In this document: positions 1 to 9,596 of the stretch, piece after piece
How the letters are laid out: every line of letters starts with the position of its first letter
Numbering within the stretch: the stretch's first letter is position 1
Source of the DNA: Armatimonadia bacterium
Lineage (GTDB): Bacteria; Armatimonadota; Zipacnadia; Zipacnadales; UBA11051
Direction: 5' to 3'
DNA: 64,000 bases
Assembly: GCA_039683575.1 (NCBI GenBank)
Contig: JBDKRC010000323.1
Location: 1-64,000, forward strand
Position numbers and translations under genes: made by a program
Notes under the pieces: generated by a model
Told to the model about the DNA's origin: nothing
What the model saw: only the letters and a program-made list of their open reading frames with translations
The model's database searches: none

Positions 1-1474
1 GTGGCTGGTGGAGCTGACGGACTTCTCGAACGGCGCGCCGGAGAGGAAGCCGGCTTATCTTGTCCACGCCAATGTGCATGCGGTGGAGGTCTCAGGCACC
101 ACGGCTTCGCTGGTGCTGATACAGGACTTGCTGACCGACCCGGAGTACGTCAGGCTGCTCGAGGACGTCGTCTTCTACGTCATCCCTCGCGTGAACCCCG
201 ACGGAGCGGAATATGCGCTGACCACGGGCGGGCAGATCCGCAGCAAGTATGAGTACCGCCCGCGCAAGAACGGGCTGGTGGGCCAGGACCTCAATGGCGA
301 TGGGCTGGTGCTGACGATGCGCTGGCAGGACCCCTATGGGACTCAGCGGCCCGATGACGAGGACCCGCGGCTGATGATCTCCCGAAAGGCCGGGGATACG
401 GGGCCGTTCTACCATGTCGTTCGTGAGGGCTTGATCGAGGACTATGACGGGGGAAGCATCCAGGAAGCGGTGCGGGGCTTCGACTTCAACCGTAACTGGG
501 GCTACAACTGGCAGCCGGAGCACCTGCAGTATGGCGCGGGCGACTATGCCTTCTCCAACCCGGAGATGAAGGCCCTCGCGGACTGGATCTACGCCCATCC
601 CAACATTTTCGGCATGCTGGGCTTTCACAATGGCTGCAACTCGGTGCTGCGCCCATCGGCGACGGTGCCGGATGATGAGATCAACCCGTCGGATCTGCAC
701 GTGATGAAGGAGATCGGGGAGATTGGCGAGCGGCTGACGGGCTTTGGGCTGCGCGCGGTGCGGGACTACCGTACGGACAGGTCCAAGCCCATCTCGCTCA
801 AGGGGCATTTCACGGATTGGGCGTACTTCAACCTCGGGCTCTTCGCGTATGAGATCGAGCTTGGCAACATGTACAACGCCTCCGGCATTACGACCGCTGA
901 GTATTTCGCGGCCGATGCCCACACGCGCGAGGTGCTGTACGGGCGGCAGATCATGAAGTATGCCGATTCCATCCCCGGCGCCTTTGTGGACTGGAAACCC
1001 TTTGAGCACCCGCAACTGGGGCCGGTGGAGATTGGCGGGCTCAGGTCGACCTTCTGGGCCACTCCCCCGCCGCAGGCGCTCGAGGGCATCGGCCACCGCT
1101 GCGCGCACTTCATCGTCGAGCACACCGAGCGGCGCCCGAGGCTCGAGATACACAACCTCGCCGCTGAGCATGTGGGCGGGCAGATATACCGGCTGACGGC
1201 GACGGTGGCCAATGTGGGGGCGCTGGCGACGCAGATCAGCGAGCAGGGGCACCGCATCGCCACCAATGGCCCGGTGACGGTACGGCTGCTGGCGAGCGAG
1301 GGCGTTGAGGTGCTGTCTCGCAGCAACACGTGGGAGTTCCCGTCACTGCATGCGCTGACCGGCCATGCGGAGGTGGAGTGCTTTGTGCGGGCGCAGGATG
1401 GCGCGCAGGTGAAGCTGCGGGCGGAGGCACCGAAGGCTGGTGTGGTGGAGCAGGTGGCGCGGCTGAGACCGTAG
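1..1474 (+). CDS. M14 family zinc carboxypeptidase, 5' end outside the window
   Basis: HxxE zinc motif (NVHAVE), VIPRVNPDG, DFNRNW and a later GFHNG/YEIE; the reading frame is open from the window edge. Confidence 0.85.
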   Translation, partial: WLVELTDFSNGAPERKPAYLVHANVHAVEVSGTTASLVLIQDLLTDPEYVRLLEDVVFYVIPRVNPDGAEYALTTGGQIRSKYEYRPRKNGLVGQDLNGDGLVLTMRWQDPYGTQRPDDEDPRLMISRKAGDTGPFYHVVREGLIEDYDGGSIQEAVRGFDFNRNWGYNWQPEHLQYGAGDYAFSNPEMKALADWIYAHPNIFGMLGFHNGCNSVLRPSATVPDDEINPSDLHVMKEIGEIGERLTGFGLRAVRDYRTDRSKPISLKGHFTDWAYFNLGLFAYEIELGNMYNASGITTAEYFAADAHTREVLYGRQIMKYADSIPGAFVDWKPFEHPQLGPVEIGGLRSTFWATPPPQALEGIGHRCAHFIVEHTERRPRLEIHNLAAEHVGGQIYRLTATVANVGALATQISEQGHRIATNGPVTVRLLASEGVEVLSRSNTWEFPSLHALTGHAEVECFVRAQDGAQVKLRAEAPKAGVVEQVARLRP

Positions 1475-1481
1475 CTCTCAT

Positions 1482-1615
1482 CGCGTGGTAGGCATGCTCC
1501 GCATGCCGGACCCAGTGAACATGACGTCAACGTGTTCCGGCATGCGGAGCATGCCTACCACGCGGATGGATGCGACGGCAGCATGTTCCGGCATGCGGAG
1601 CATGCCTACCACGCG
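1482..1615. repeat. REP-like family A (CGCGTGGYAGGCATGCTCCGCATGCCGGA), three copies
   Basis: 29-nt unit at 1482-1510 (+), 1536-1564 (-) and 1587-1615 (-), with an internal hairpin GGCATGC-TCC-GCATGCC. Confidence 0.9.
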
Positions 1616-1659
1616 CAGAGGGGCAGGTCATTATTGGCGGCGGCGGGAACCTCCCGGCC

Positions 1660-4600
1660 ATGTCTACCATCCGCCATCGCCACTACACTTGCGGTTTCCA
1701 TTCTGACGTTATCTGGCTCGAAGATCAGCGCGACTATGCCGTTGTGCTCATGGGCTGCATGGGGCAGAATCTGCAGGCCTGTCGCGCCGACGACGGCTAC
1801 GGCGTATTTCTGCATGAACTGACCTACCTCAAGCCTTACCTCGACTCTCACCCCCTCGACCGCCCGCTCTTCTTTGACCTGCTCAAGGCCGGTCGCATCG
1901 GCACGGGGGGCGCTCACAGCCTCCCCTCGGAGAACCTCATCAGCGGTGAGGCTTTCATCCGCAACTTCGCCTACGGGCGGGCCTATCACGAGTACCTGGG
2001 CGACCGTCCCGAGATCGCGATGCTTTGGGATGTGTTCGGCCACTGCTCGCAACTCCCGCAGATGCTGGCAGGAATGCGCTTCACCGGCTTGATCTGGTCG
2101 AAGGACATCCGCGGCGCGCACCCGCTGTTCTGGCACCAGGGCCTCGACGGCACCAAGCTGCTGACCCGGCGGGTGATGTACGGCCACGTAGATCGCCCCC
2201 GGGAGACTGTGGAGCAGCATCTGGATGAGTACCTGCCGGAGTTGGAGTCGCTCGGGCATGACGTGGACCTGCGGGTCCACTGCAATGACTTCACGCCGCC
2301 GGCCGGGTGGATCGTCGGCGCATGTAGGGAACTGGCGCAGAAGGCGGAGTTGCCGTGGCTGATCAGCGGGCAGGCGCACCGGCATTACTTCCGGGAGATC
2401 CACAAACAAGCCCGGCGCAAGCAGTTCCATATCCCGACGTCAGCCCGCGACTTCGAGTATCACCATATGGGCACGGGCCTCGCGCACATAGACCTGAAGA
2501 TACTGAACCGCCGGTGCGAGAACGAACTCATCGAGGCGGAGAAGTGGAGTAGCCTTGCAGCCCTGCAGGGGCTGCCCTACCCGCATTACAGCCTCGATAA
2601 GGCCTGGCGGCAGGTGTTCTTCGGACAGCACCATGATGCGATTACTGGGCCGTGCTGCGACCGGGCCTATCTGGACCTGATGGACGGGTACCGGGAGGCG
2701 CTGCAGCTAGCGCGGGCGGCGGGGCAGCGGGCGCGGGAGTGGCTGGCGGAACAGGTTCGGCAGAGCAGAGCGCAGGGTATCCGGCTCGTGGTATTCAACA
2801 GCCTCAACTGGCAGCGGCGGGACATAGTGGAACAGGTTGTCACGTTCGATCCCCCCGTTGAGGGCTTTGTGGTGCAGAACAGGCAGGGCGACGAGATACC
2901 CTTCGAGGCCCGATCGGTCGAACTGGAGCGGGGCCTGGTAACGCGGGCGATGGTCAGGTTCATCGCCGAGGCGCCGTCGCTGGGGCATGCGACGTATCGC
3001 GTGGTGCCGGTTAGCAAGGCGCTGCCGAAGCTCAAGAGCGGCAAGCGGCCCCAGATTGAGAACGAACACTACCGTATCAAGGTGGATCCCACGCATGGCG
3101 GGATCGTGAGCCTGTGGGACAAGCGGCTGGATCGGGAACTGCTCACCGGCGACGGGCCGGGCAATGAGTTGGTGGCGCTCGCGGAAGACTTCGCGAATCA
3201 CCCCGAGCCGCCGTGGGAGCTGAATACCTCAGGCGGCAAGGTCTTGTCGCGTGACTTTGCGGCGAAGGTGCGGCTGGAGCAGGGCCCGGTGAGCAGCACG
3301 CTGACGATAACCGGCAAATTCAAGGACTGTCGCCGGGTGCAGCGCATTACGTTGTACCAAGGACTGCCACGGATCGAGTTTGAGACGGAACTGCAGCATT
3401 ACGACGGGCGCGAGGATCTCATCGCGGTGACCTTCCCGGCGGCGCTGCCGGGGGCGACGCCGGTCTTCGACGACCGCTTCGGCTGCGTGACCAAGCGCCG
3501 CAGCCGCGGGAAGCTGGACTACCGGACCTGGCAGTGGCGCAACTACAGCGACTGCGGGGCGCGGCGGGCGCACCAGTGGGTGGACCTGTCTTCGTCGGCG
3601 CGGCTGGTGTTTGCAGAGGGCAAGGAGGTCAGGAGCAGCTACGGTCTGGGGCCGATGAGCCTGGTGTTTGGCGCGGGCGAGGGACTTGAGGAGGCTCTGA
3701 ATGGCCTGCAGGCGGCGCTGGTGCGGCGTGGGGTGACTTCCACGATCTGCCGCGACGACTGCGAGCGGCGGCGGCGGTGTGCACTTCCCCGCGAAGACAG
3801 CACCATGCCGATTGAGCACCCCAATGAGGACCTGCCGTGGGGGACGGCCTTCCGGCTGATGGCCGACCTTGACGACACGAACCTGCTGTGGCAGGCCTTG
3901 CGGACGGAATTGGATGAGGGGCAGGTTGAGCGGCTGCAGCAGCGCAGGGCGAATGATGGCGTGGCGGTTGCGTTTGCGCTGGACCCCAACGTCCCGGAGG
4001 GCTGGGCGCCGCTGCCTACGTTGGTGGTGACCGGGCTGACGGTGGAGGCGGTGCAGAAGTTGCTGGCGCAGATGGGCCGGGAGCTGGCGCGGACGGGCGC
4101 GATCACCTTGCCGGCGGAATATGACCTGTCGCCAGAGCCGGCGGCGCTCCCTGAGTGGGGGCTGGCGATGCTGAACCACGGCACGCCGCTGCACTCGGTT
4201 GAGGCGGACGGGACGCTGGTGCTGATGCTGATGCACTGCGTGCCCTGGGCACGGACGCCATGGGGGCCGGACCGGCTCGACTTCCACATCGTCGCCGAGC
4301 ACAAGACGCACCGCTTCGAGTATGCGCTGCAGCCGCATGGCGGGGACTGGCGGGAGGGGGACACGGTACGGGGCGCGTATGAGTACAACAACCCGCTGCA
4401 GGTCGTGCAGACCACGGGGCAGGGCGGCAAGCTGGCGGGCGAGATGAGCTATTGCGAGATCGAGGGCGGCATTGTGACAGCGCTCAAGCCTGCGGGGTAT
4501 TCGATACCGCAGTACGAGCGGCCGGAGGAACTGCCGCTGCTCTTGCGTGTATACGAGCCGCACGGGCAGCAGAGCAAGCTAACGGTGAAGTGGCCGGGCG

Positions 4601-5418
4601 GACTGTTGCGATCACAGCGGGCGAACATGCTGGACGAGACGCAGGAGGCGCTGCCGCTGCAAAATGGGCAGTTGACGGTGGGGATGAGGCCATTTGAGAT
4701 CGGTAGCTACCTGCTCAGCCCGAAGGCGGCCAGGGAGGCGGGAACGCTGGCTGAGCGCGAGGCGGGGGTCATTCCCTCGCGGTACTGGCAACACAACGTC
4801 GGCGAGGCGCCGATGGGCTATATGCCGGTGTCGGTGACGCTGGCTGGTGAGGTGCAGACCAATACGCACGTCATGCACGGCGGGTACACGGTGAACGCGC
4901 TGACGGTGGGGGTGGCGAACAACTTGCAGGAGACGGCGCGCGGGAAGGTGCAGTTGCTGGTGGGCGAGGGCTGGCGGACAGTGCCGGAAGAGATTGAGTT
5001 TGAGGTTCCGGCGCAGGGCGGGGCAGAGTACCCCGTGACGCTGATCTTTGATGACTCCCGCCGGGCAGGAGTCGTGCGGGCGCGGTTTGAGTGGGACGGG
5101 CAGGTGTATGAGGATGTGCTGGTGGTCGGCGACGCGCCGGCGCCAGTGTGGACGGCGAAGGTGAAGAAGGACGTGTTGCGGGCGGTGGTGGAGAATCCGG
5201 GCGTGGACGTGCTCAATGCGGACCTGTACCTGATCGCGCCGCATGAGGCGTGGGAGGGCATTCCAGTGCGGCGGGTGCCGCTGGCGCTGGGGCCGGGGGA
5301 GAAGACGGAACTCACCATGCCGCTCGAGTTTCAGAGTGACTACGATACGCAGGACCTGTGGCTGGTAGCCAAGCTGGCGTATAGGGGGCAAGTTGAGTAC
5401 AAACCCGTGATCCTGTGA
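1660..5418 (+). CDS. GH38 alpha-mannosidase-like glycoside hydrolase with an internal insertion and an Ig-like C-terminal extension
   Basis: HSDVIW metal motif, WDVFGH nucleophile motif, QHHDAITG, VFNSLNWQR and IENEHYRI; start moved to ATG 1660 because the upstream extension is REP-derived. Confidence 0.88.
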   Translation: MSTIRHRHYTCGFHSDVIWLEDQRDYAVVLMGCMGQNLQACRADDGYGVFLHELTYLKPYLDSHPLDRPLFFDLLKAGRIGTGGAHSLPSENLISGEAFIRNFAYGRAYHEYLGDRPEIAMLWDVFGHCSQLPQMLAGMRFTGLIWSKDIRGAHPLFWHQGLDGTKLLTRRVMYGHVDRPRETVEQHLDEYLPELESLGHDVDLRVHCNDFTPPAGWIVGACRELAQKAELPWLISGQAHRHYFREIHKQARRKQFHIPTSARDFEYHHMGTGLAHIDLKILNRRCENELIEAEKWSSLAALQGLPYPHYSLDKAWRQVFFGQHHDAITGPCCDRAYLDLMDGYREALQLARAAGQRAREWLAEQVRQSRAQGIRLVVFNSLNWQRRDIVEQVVTFDPPVEGFVVQNRQGDEIPFEARSVELERGLVTRAMVRFIAEAPSLGHATYRVVPVSKALPKLKSGKRPQIENEHYRIKVDPTHGGIVSLWDKRLDRELLTGDGPGNELVALAEDFANHPEPPWELNTSGGKVLSRDFAAKVRLEQGPVSSTLTITGKFKDCRRVQRITLYQGLPRIEFETELQHYDGREDLIAVTFPAALPGATPVFDDRFGCVTKRRSRGKLDYRTWQWRNYSDCGARRAHQWVDLSSSARLVFAEGKEVRSSYGLGPMSLVFGAGEGLEEALNGLQAALVRRGVTSTICRDDCERRRRCALPREDSTMPIEHPNEDLPWGTAFRLMADLDDTNLLWQALRTELDEGQVERLQQRRANDGVAVAFALDPNVPEGWAPLPTLVVTGLTVEAVQKLLAQMGRELARTGAITLPAEYDLSPEPAALPEWGLAMLNHGTPLHSVEADGTLVLMLMHCVPWARTPWGPDRLDFHIVAEHKTHRFEYALQPHGGDWREGDTVRGAYEYNNPLQVVQTTGQGGKLAGEMSYCEIEGGIVTALKPAGYSIPQYERPEELPLLLRVYEPHGQQSKLTVKWPGGLLRSQRANMLDETQEALPLQNGQLTVGMRPFEIGSYLLSPKAAREAGTLAEREAGVIPSRYWQHNVGEAPMGYMPVSVTLAGEVQTNTHVMHGGYTVNALTVGVANNLQETARGKVQLLVGEGWRTVPEEIEFEVPAQGGAEYPVTLIFDDSRRAGVVRARFEWDGQVYEDVLVVGDAPAPVWTAKVKKDVLRAVVENPGVDVLNADLYLIAPHEAWEGIPVRRVPLALGPGEKTELTMPLEFQSDYDTQDLWLVAKLAYRGQVEYKPVIL

Positions 5419-5425
5419 GGCAGCC

Positions 5426-6535
5426 ATGACATCGAAGGAACGCGTTGCGACGGCGCTCAAGCATCAGGAGCCCGACCGGGTGCCCCTGATGGAGTTTGCG
5501 ATCGACTACACGATCATCGAGGACCTGCTGGGGCACGAGACCTTCTGGCGGGCGCACTTCAAAGAGATGCAGGCCTACTGGGACGGGCGGCGGGATGAGA
5601 TCGTGGAGAGCCAGAAGCGGGATATCGTGCAGTTTGCGCGGGAGTTCGGGCAGGACGGCATCGCGGTGAACCTCGTGCCGCCGAAGGGCTTTCAGCCAGA
5701 GCGGCTGCAGCAGCTTGACGAGGAGACGTGGCGGGACTGGCAGGGCAACGTCTACCGCTACAGCGCTCTCACGCACGATTTGGGGATGATCAAGGAGAAG
5801 GCGCTGGACCCACAGCCCGCGCCGGACCTGTGGGAGGCTCCGGCGGAGATGGACGAGTCGGAGTGGGAGCTGATTGACTACGTCCTGCAGGAACTCGGCG
5901 ACACGCATTACATCATGGCCCGGCCCGGCCGCCGGGCGTCATTGGGGTATGTCTCCGCGCTGGGTTGGGAGCCGATGATGATGCGGCTGGCCGAGGACCC
6001 CGAGGGAGTGCGCGAGGGACGCATCAGGGGCGCCCAGAACCTGGACTGGGACATCTTCTTTGACCGTGGCTGCGACAATCTTGCCATTGGCGAGGACTTC
6101 GGGCATAACCACGGGCCGTTCATGTCTCCCGCGACTTTTGAGCGGGTCTATGTGCCGTCGGTGAAGATCCAGTGTGAGGAGATCCACGAGCACGGAGTGC
6201 AGACGCTGTGGCACGCGTGCGGTGACAACCGGCTGATTCTGGGGCAAATGATCGACGCGGGGATTGACTGCTATCAGGCGATCCAGCCTGAAGAGGACAT
6301 CGCGGGGCTGCGCGGGACATGGGGGCATAGGCTGGCGCTGTGGGGCGGCATCTCGACCCATACGCTGGTATGCGGCGGCCCTGAGGAGATTCGGCAGCAG
6401 GTGCGGGAGGCGGTGGCGGGCTGCGCGCCGGGCGGAGGGTATGTGGCAGGGGCCTCACACTCGGTCTGCGTCAGCAGCAAGGCGGAGAACTACCTGGCGG
6501 CGATTGATGAGCTTTCGCAGGTTGGTGGATATTGA
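5426..6535 (+). CDS. Uroporphyrinogen decarboxylase / MtaA-CmuA methyltransferase family protein
   Basis: MTSKERV...PDRVP start, EDFG...FMSP, HACG, LWGGI and PGGGYV motifs. Confidence 0.85.
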   Translation: MTSKERVATALKHQEPDRVPLMEFAIDYTIIEDLLGHETFWRAHFKEMQAYWDGRRDEIVESQKRDIVQFAREFGQDGIAVNLVPPKGFQPERLQQLDEETWRDWQGNVYRYSALTHDLGMIKEKALDPQPAPDLWEAPAEMDESEWELIDYVLQELGDTHYIMARPGRRASLGYVSALGWEPMMMRLAEDPEGVREGRIRGAQNLDWDIFFDRGCDNLAIGEDFGHNHGPFMSPATFERVYVPSVKIQCEEIHEHGVQTLWHACGDNRLILGQMIDAGIDCYQAIQPEEDIAGLRGTWGHRLALWGGISTHTLVCGGPEEIRQQVREAVAGCAPGGGYVAGASHSVCVSSKAENYLAAIDELSQVGGY

Positions 6536-6548
6536 AGGGTGGCTCTTT

Positions 6549-6653
6549 ACAGGATGTACAGGATAACGGCAAGGATGGGTAGGATGCAGGCAGGGAGTGG
6601 CATTAATCAACACCATTATCCTGATCATCCTTGCCTTCATCCTTCCCATCCTG
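6549..6653. repeat. AGGAT-periodic inverted-repeat element (family B)
   Basis: Left arm 6549-6586 ACAGGATGTACAGGATAACGGCAAGGATGGGTAGGATG and inverted arm 6618-6653; related copies at 61180 and 63119. Confidence 0.85.
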
Positions 6654-6691
6654 CAAAGAGCCTCACAAAGCTACATGGCAAGGTGATCTAG

Positions 6692-9472
6692 ATGAGAGTA
6701 ATGCTGCTATTGGCTACATTGGCGGCGGGAGCGGTTTGGGCGCAGACCGTCCCCAATGGCGGTTTCGAGCAAGGCACCGACCAGCCGACCGTGTGGTCCT
6801 GGCGCACGGGTGAGGGCGGGCAGGGCGTGTTCGAATGGTCCAAGGCTCCGGTTCATTCCGGCGAGCGGTCCATGCGGGTCAAGCGCAGCGGCGCGGCGGG
6901 GTATACGGCGCTCGACAGCGACTACGTGCCTGTCACCGCCGGGAAGACTTACCGCATCAGTGCGTGGGTATTTCCCGTCAAGCCCGTGCGGCGCGGCGTG
7001 TACTTCATGATCACCCAGCACAAGCCGGACAGTGACGCCGATCAGGTCCCGAACGCTTTCGGTCGCACTTCGCAGGCCTTGGTGCAGCAGACGTGGCAGC
7101 AGATGACCATCAAGGTGCCCATTCGCGAGGGCATGACGCGGATTCGTATCCACTGCATACAGGCGATGCAGGTCTCGGACTTGTACTGGGACGATTTCGC
7201 CATCGCCGAAGATACCGCGGAAGAAAAGCCGCGGTATGAGCCGCCGACGAAGGAGACCGTGCCGGACCTCGCTCAGGTGCAGGCCGAGGTGGCAAAGCGC
7301 CCGCGGGCCACGGCGAAGCTGGAGATGCGCGGCGAGCGGGCGAGGCTGATCGTGGACGGCAAGGCGCAGCCGTTTGCATGGTATGTCAGCGCCTTCGGGG
7401 GACCTGGGTTCTTTGAGAACACTCAGATCGGCGACTTCAAGCGCGCGGGTGTGCATACGTACCTTGTCCCGCTGGTCCTCGGCAATGGGCTGTACGGGGC
7501 GAAGGGGCCGTGGCTGGGGAAAGACCAATATGACTTCAGCGTCGTTGATGACCTGATCTGGCGGGTGCTACGGGTGGATCCGCAGGGGCAAATCGTCTTC
7601 TACATGTGCTCCGATCCCTATCCGGCGTGGGGAGCGGAGAACCCGAATGATGTGACGTGGGATCAGGATGGCAAGAAGGCCATTGTCTGGATGCATCCCA
7701 AGCGCTGGGGTGACGACCCGCAGGCCAATGAGCGCTTTGCGCCGAGCATCGTGTCTCACAAAATGCGGGATGATGTCGCGGCGACGCTGAAGCTGCTGGT
7801 GAAGCACGTGGAGAGCAGCGAGGCCGGCAAGGCGGTCATCGGCTACCATGTGGCGGGGTTCAACGACGGTCAGTGGTTCCCGTGGCACAGCCTCAACCCG
7901 GCTGACCTGCATCTGGCGGACTATTCCCCGGGCGCGCAGGCAGCGTATCGGGACTGGGTGAAGCGCAAGTATGGCACGGTCGAGAACCTGCGCCGGGCCT
8001 GGAACAACCCACAGGCGGCTTTTGAGACCGTGACGGTGCCCGGCATGGACAAGCTGTGGGCTGAGTCGGTGTATGTGGACCCGAAGACCGAGCAGGACGT
8101 GGCTGACTACCAGCGGTTCTTCTCGGAGGGCGTGGCCGAGAACATCATGTACCTCGCGGGGACGATCAAGCGCGAGAGCAAGCGGCCGGTCATCTGCGGC
8201 ACGTACTATGAGGATATCACCTGCAACAGCGTCAACCACATCGCGCTGGGACAGTTCCTGAATTCGGGCGAGATTGACTACCTCGCCGGGCCCGCCGCGT
8301 ACGCGATTCGGATGGCGGGTTACCAGGGCGCGGTGCGCAACGTGTTCGGCTCGACGGTGCTGCATGGCAAGTCGTACCTGACCGAGCAGGACTGGCGCTC
8401 GTGGCACTCGGTGCCCAGCGATATCCCCGAGAACAACTTCAGTTGGGGCCGCGCGGAGACCGCTGAGGTACACAATGCCATGGTGCGGCGGGAATGTGGC
8501 ATGATGCTGGCCTTCGGGCTGGGGACATGGTGGTATGACATGTCCGGCGGGTGGTTCCGTGACGACCAGATCATGGCCGGGATCGCCGAGGCGGTGCGAG
8601 CTTTCAATATCGACCTCGTCGACAAGGACCTGCCGCAGGCTGATCTGGCAGTGTTTGTGAGTGAGGAGAGCGACAGCTACATCCGCATGCGCTATGGCGG
8701 GCCCTATCGCTATCAAGGCGTCTCCAGCCAAATCGAGGAACTGAACACAGCGGGCGTGCCCTACCGGCTGTACCTGCAGTCGGACCTCGGCAAGATGAAG
8801 CTGCCGGAGCACAAGGCGTACCTGTTCCTGAACCCGTATTTCATCAGCCCGGCGGAGCGGAAGGCCATCGAGGGGCTCAAGCGCGAGGGCAAGCTGCTGG
8901 CATTCGTGGGCTCGCCGGGACGTGTGGGGGCTGACCCCGCACAGGCCGCGAGTGAGATCACCGGGATCAAGCTGAGGCCGTTGAAGGACGTCCTGGCCCA
9001 ACAAGCAGGCGCAGACGCCGTCGTGCCGGACCTCAAGCATCCGTTACTCGTCGGCATCGAGGACAGCGCGATCATGGCCGCGGGCGCGCCCGCGGAGGCG
9101 CTGACAGTGGTTGATCCGGCGGCGAAGACCTTGGCTGCATATTCGGATCAGGCTTCGGCGGTGGGGTGCGCCGCGCGGGACTTCGGCAAGTGGAAGTCGG
9201 TCTTCATCGGCAGCGCCGGTATCAACGCGGATTTCCTGCACAATCTGGCGCAGTGGGGCGGCTGCTGGACCACCTCCGCGCCGGGAGACGCCGTCTACGC
9301 GAGCCAGCACTTCCTGACCGTGCACGCGCTGTTCCCCGGCCACAAGGTCCTCAAGCTACGCCAGCCGGCGAAGGTTGTGGACCTCACCAGCGGCAAGGTT
9401 GTGGCGGAGCGGGCGACACAGATTGAACTCGACATGGAGCGCGGGACGACGCGCTGGTTCCGGTTGCAGTAA
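6692..9472 (+). CDS. Secreted GH42-like (beta-galactosidase-type) protein with an N-terminal CBM4/9-like domain
   Basis: Signal peptide, PNGGFE and YWDDF CBM motifs, YRDWVKRKYGTVENLRRAWN (GH42-like) and a trimerisation-like C-terminal region. Confidence 0.7.
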   Translation: MRVMLLLATLAAGAVWAQTVPNGGFEQGTDQPTVWSWRTGEGGQGVFEWSKAPVHSGERSMRVKRSGAAGYTALDSDYVPVTAGKTYRISAWVFPVKPVRRGVYFMITQHKPDSDADQVPNAFGRTSQALVQQTWQQMTIKVPIREGMTRIRIHCIQAMQVSDLYWDDFAIAEDTAEEKPRYEPPTKETVPDLAQVQAEVAKRPRATAKLEMRGERARLIVDGKAQPFAWYVSAFGGPGFFENTQIGDFKRAGVHTYLVPLVLGNGLYGAKGPWLGKDQYDFSVVDDLIWRVLRVDPQGQIVFYMCSDPYPAWGAENPNDVTWDQDGKKAIVWMHPKRWGDDPQANERFAPSIVSHKMRDDVAATLKLLVKHVESSEAGKAVIGYHVAGFNDGQWFPWHSLNPADLHLADYSPGAQAAYRDWVKRKYGTVENLRRAWNNPQAAFETVTVPGMDKLWAESVYVDPKTEQDVADYQRFFSEGVAENIMYLAGTIKRESKRPVICGTYYEDITCNSVNHIALGQFLNSGEIDYLAGPAAYAIRMAGYQGAVRNVFGSTVLHGKSYLTEQDWRSWHSVPSDIPENNFSWGRAETAEVHNAMVRRECGMMLAFGLGTWWYDMSGGWFRDDQIMAGIAEAVRAFNIDLVDKDLPQADLAVFVSEESDSYIRMRYGGPYRYQGVSSQIEELNTAGVPYRLYLQSDLGKMKLPEHKAYLFLNPYFISPAERKAIEGLKREGKLLAFVGSPGRVGADPAQAASEITGIKLRPLKDVLAQQAGADAVVPDLKHPLLVGIEDSAIMAAGAPAEALTVVDPAAKTLAAYSDQASAVGCAARDFGKWKSVFIGSAGINADFLHNLAQWGGCWTTSAPGDAVYASQHFLTVHALFPGHKVLKLRQPAKVVDLTSGKVVAERATQIELDMERGTTRWFRLQ

Positions 9473-9596
9473 GTAGATGGAGGGGCCGAATACCGGCAGT
9501 CGTTTGGCCGGTATCCGGCCCGGTGGCGCAACCGTGGGCCGGATGCGCGATGAGGCTGCGCATTCGGCCCCTCCATACAGAAGAAGGATGATCCCT

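Noticed and set aside
1482-1615. Possible mini CRISPR array (29-nt palindromic repeats with unique spacers)
   Set aside because: The first copy is inverted relative to the others, spacers are only 22-25 nt, the unit recurs as inverted doublets at distant loci, and no cas genes are present. This is REP behaviour.
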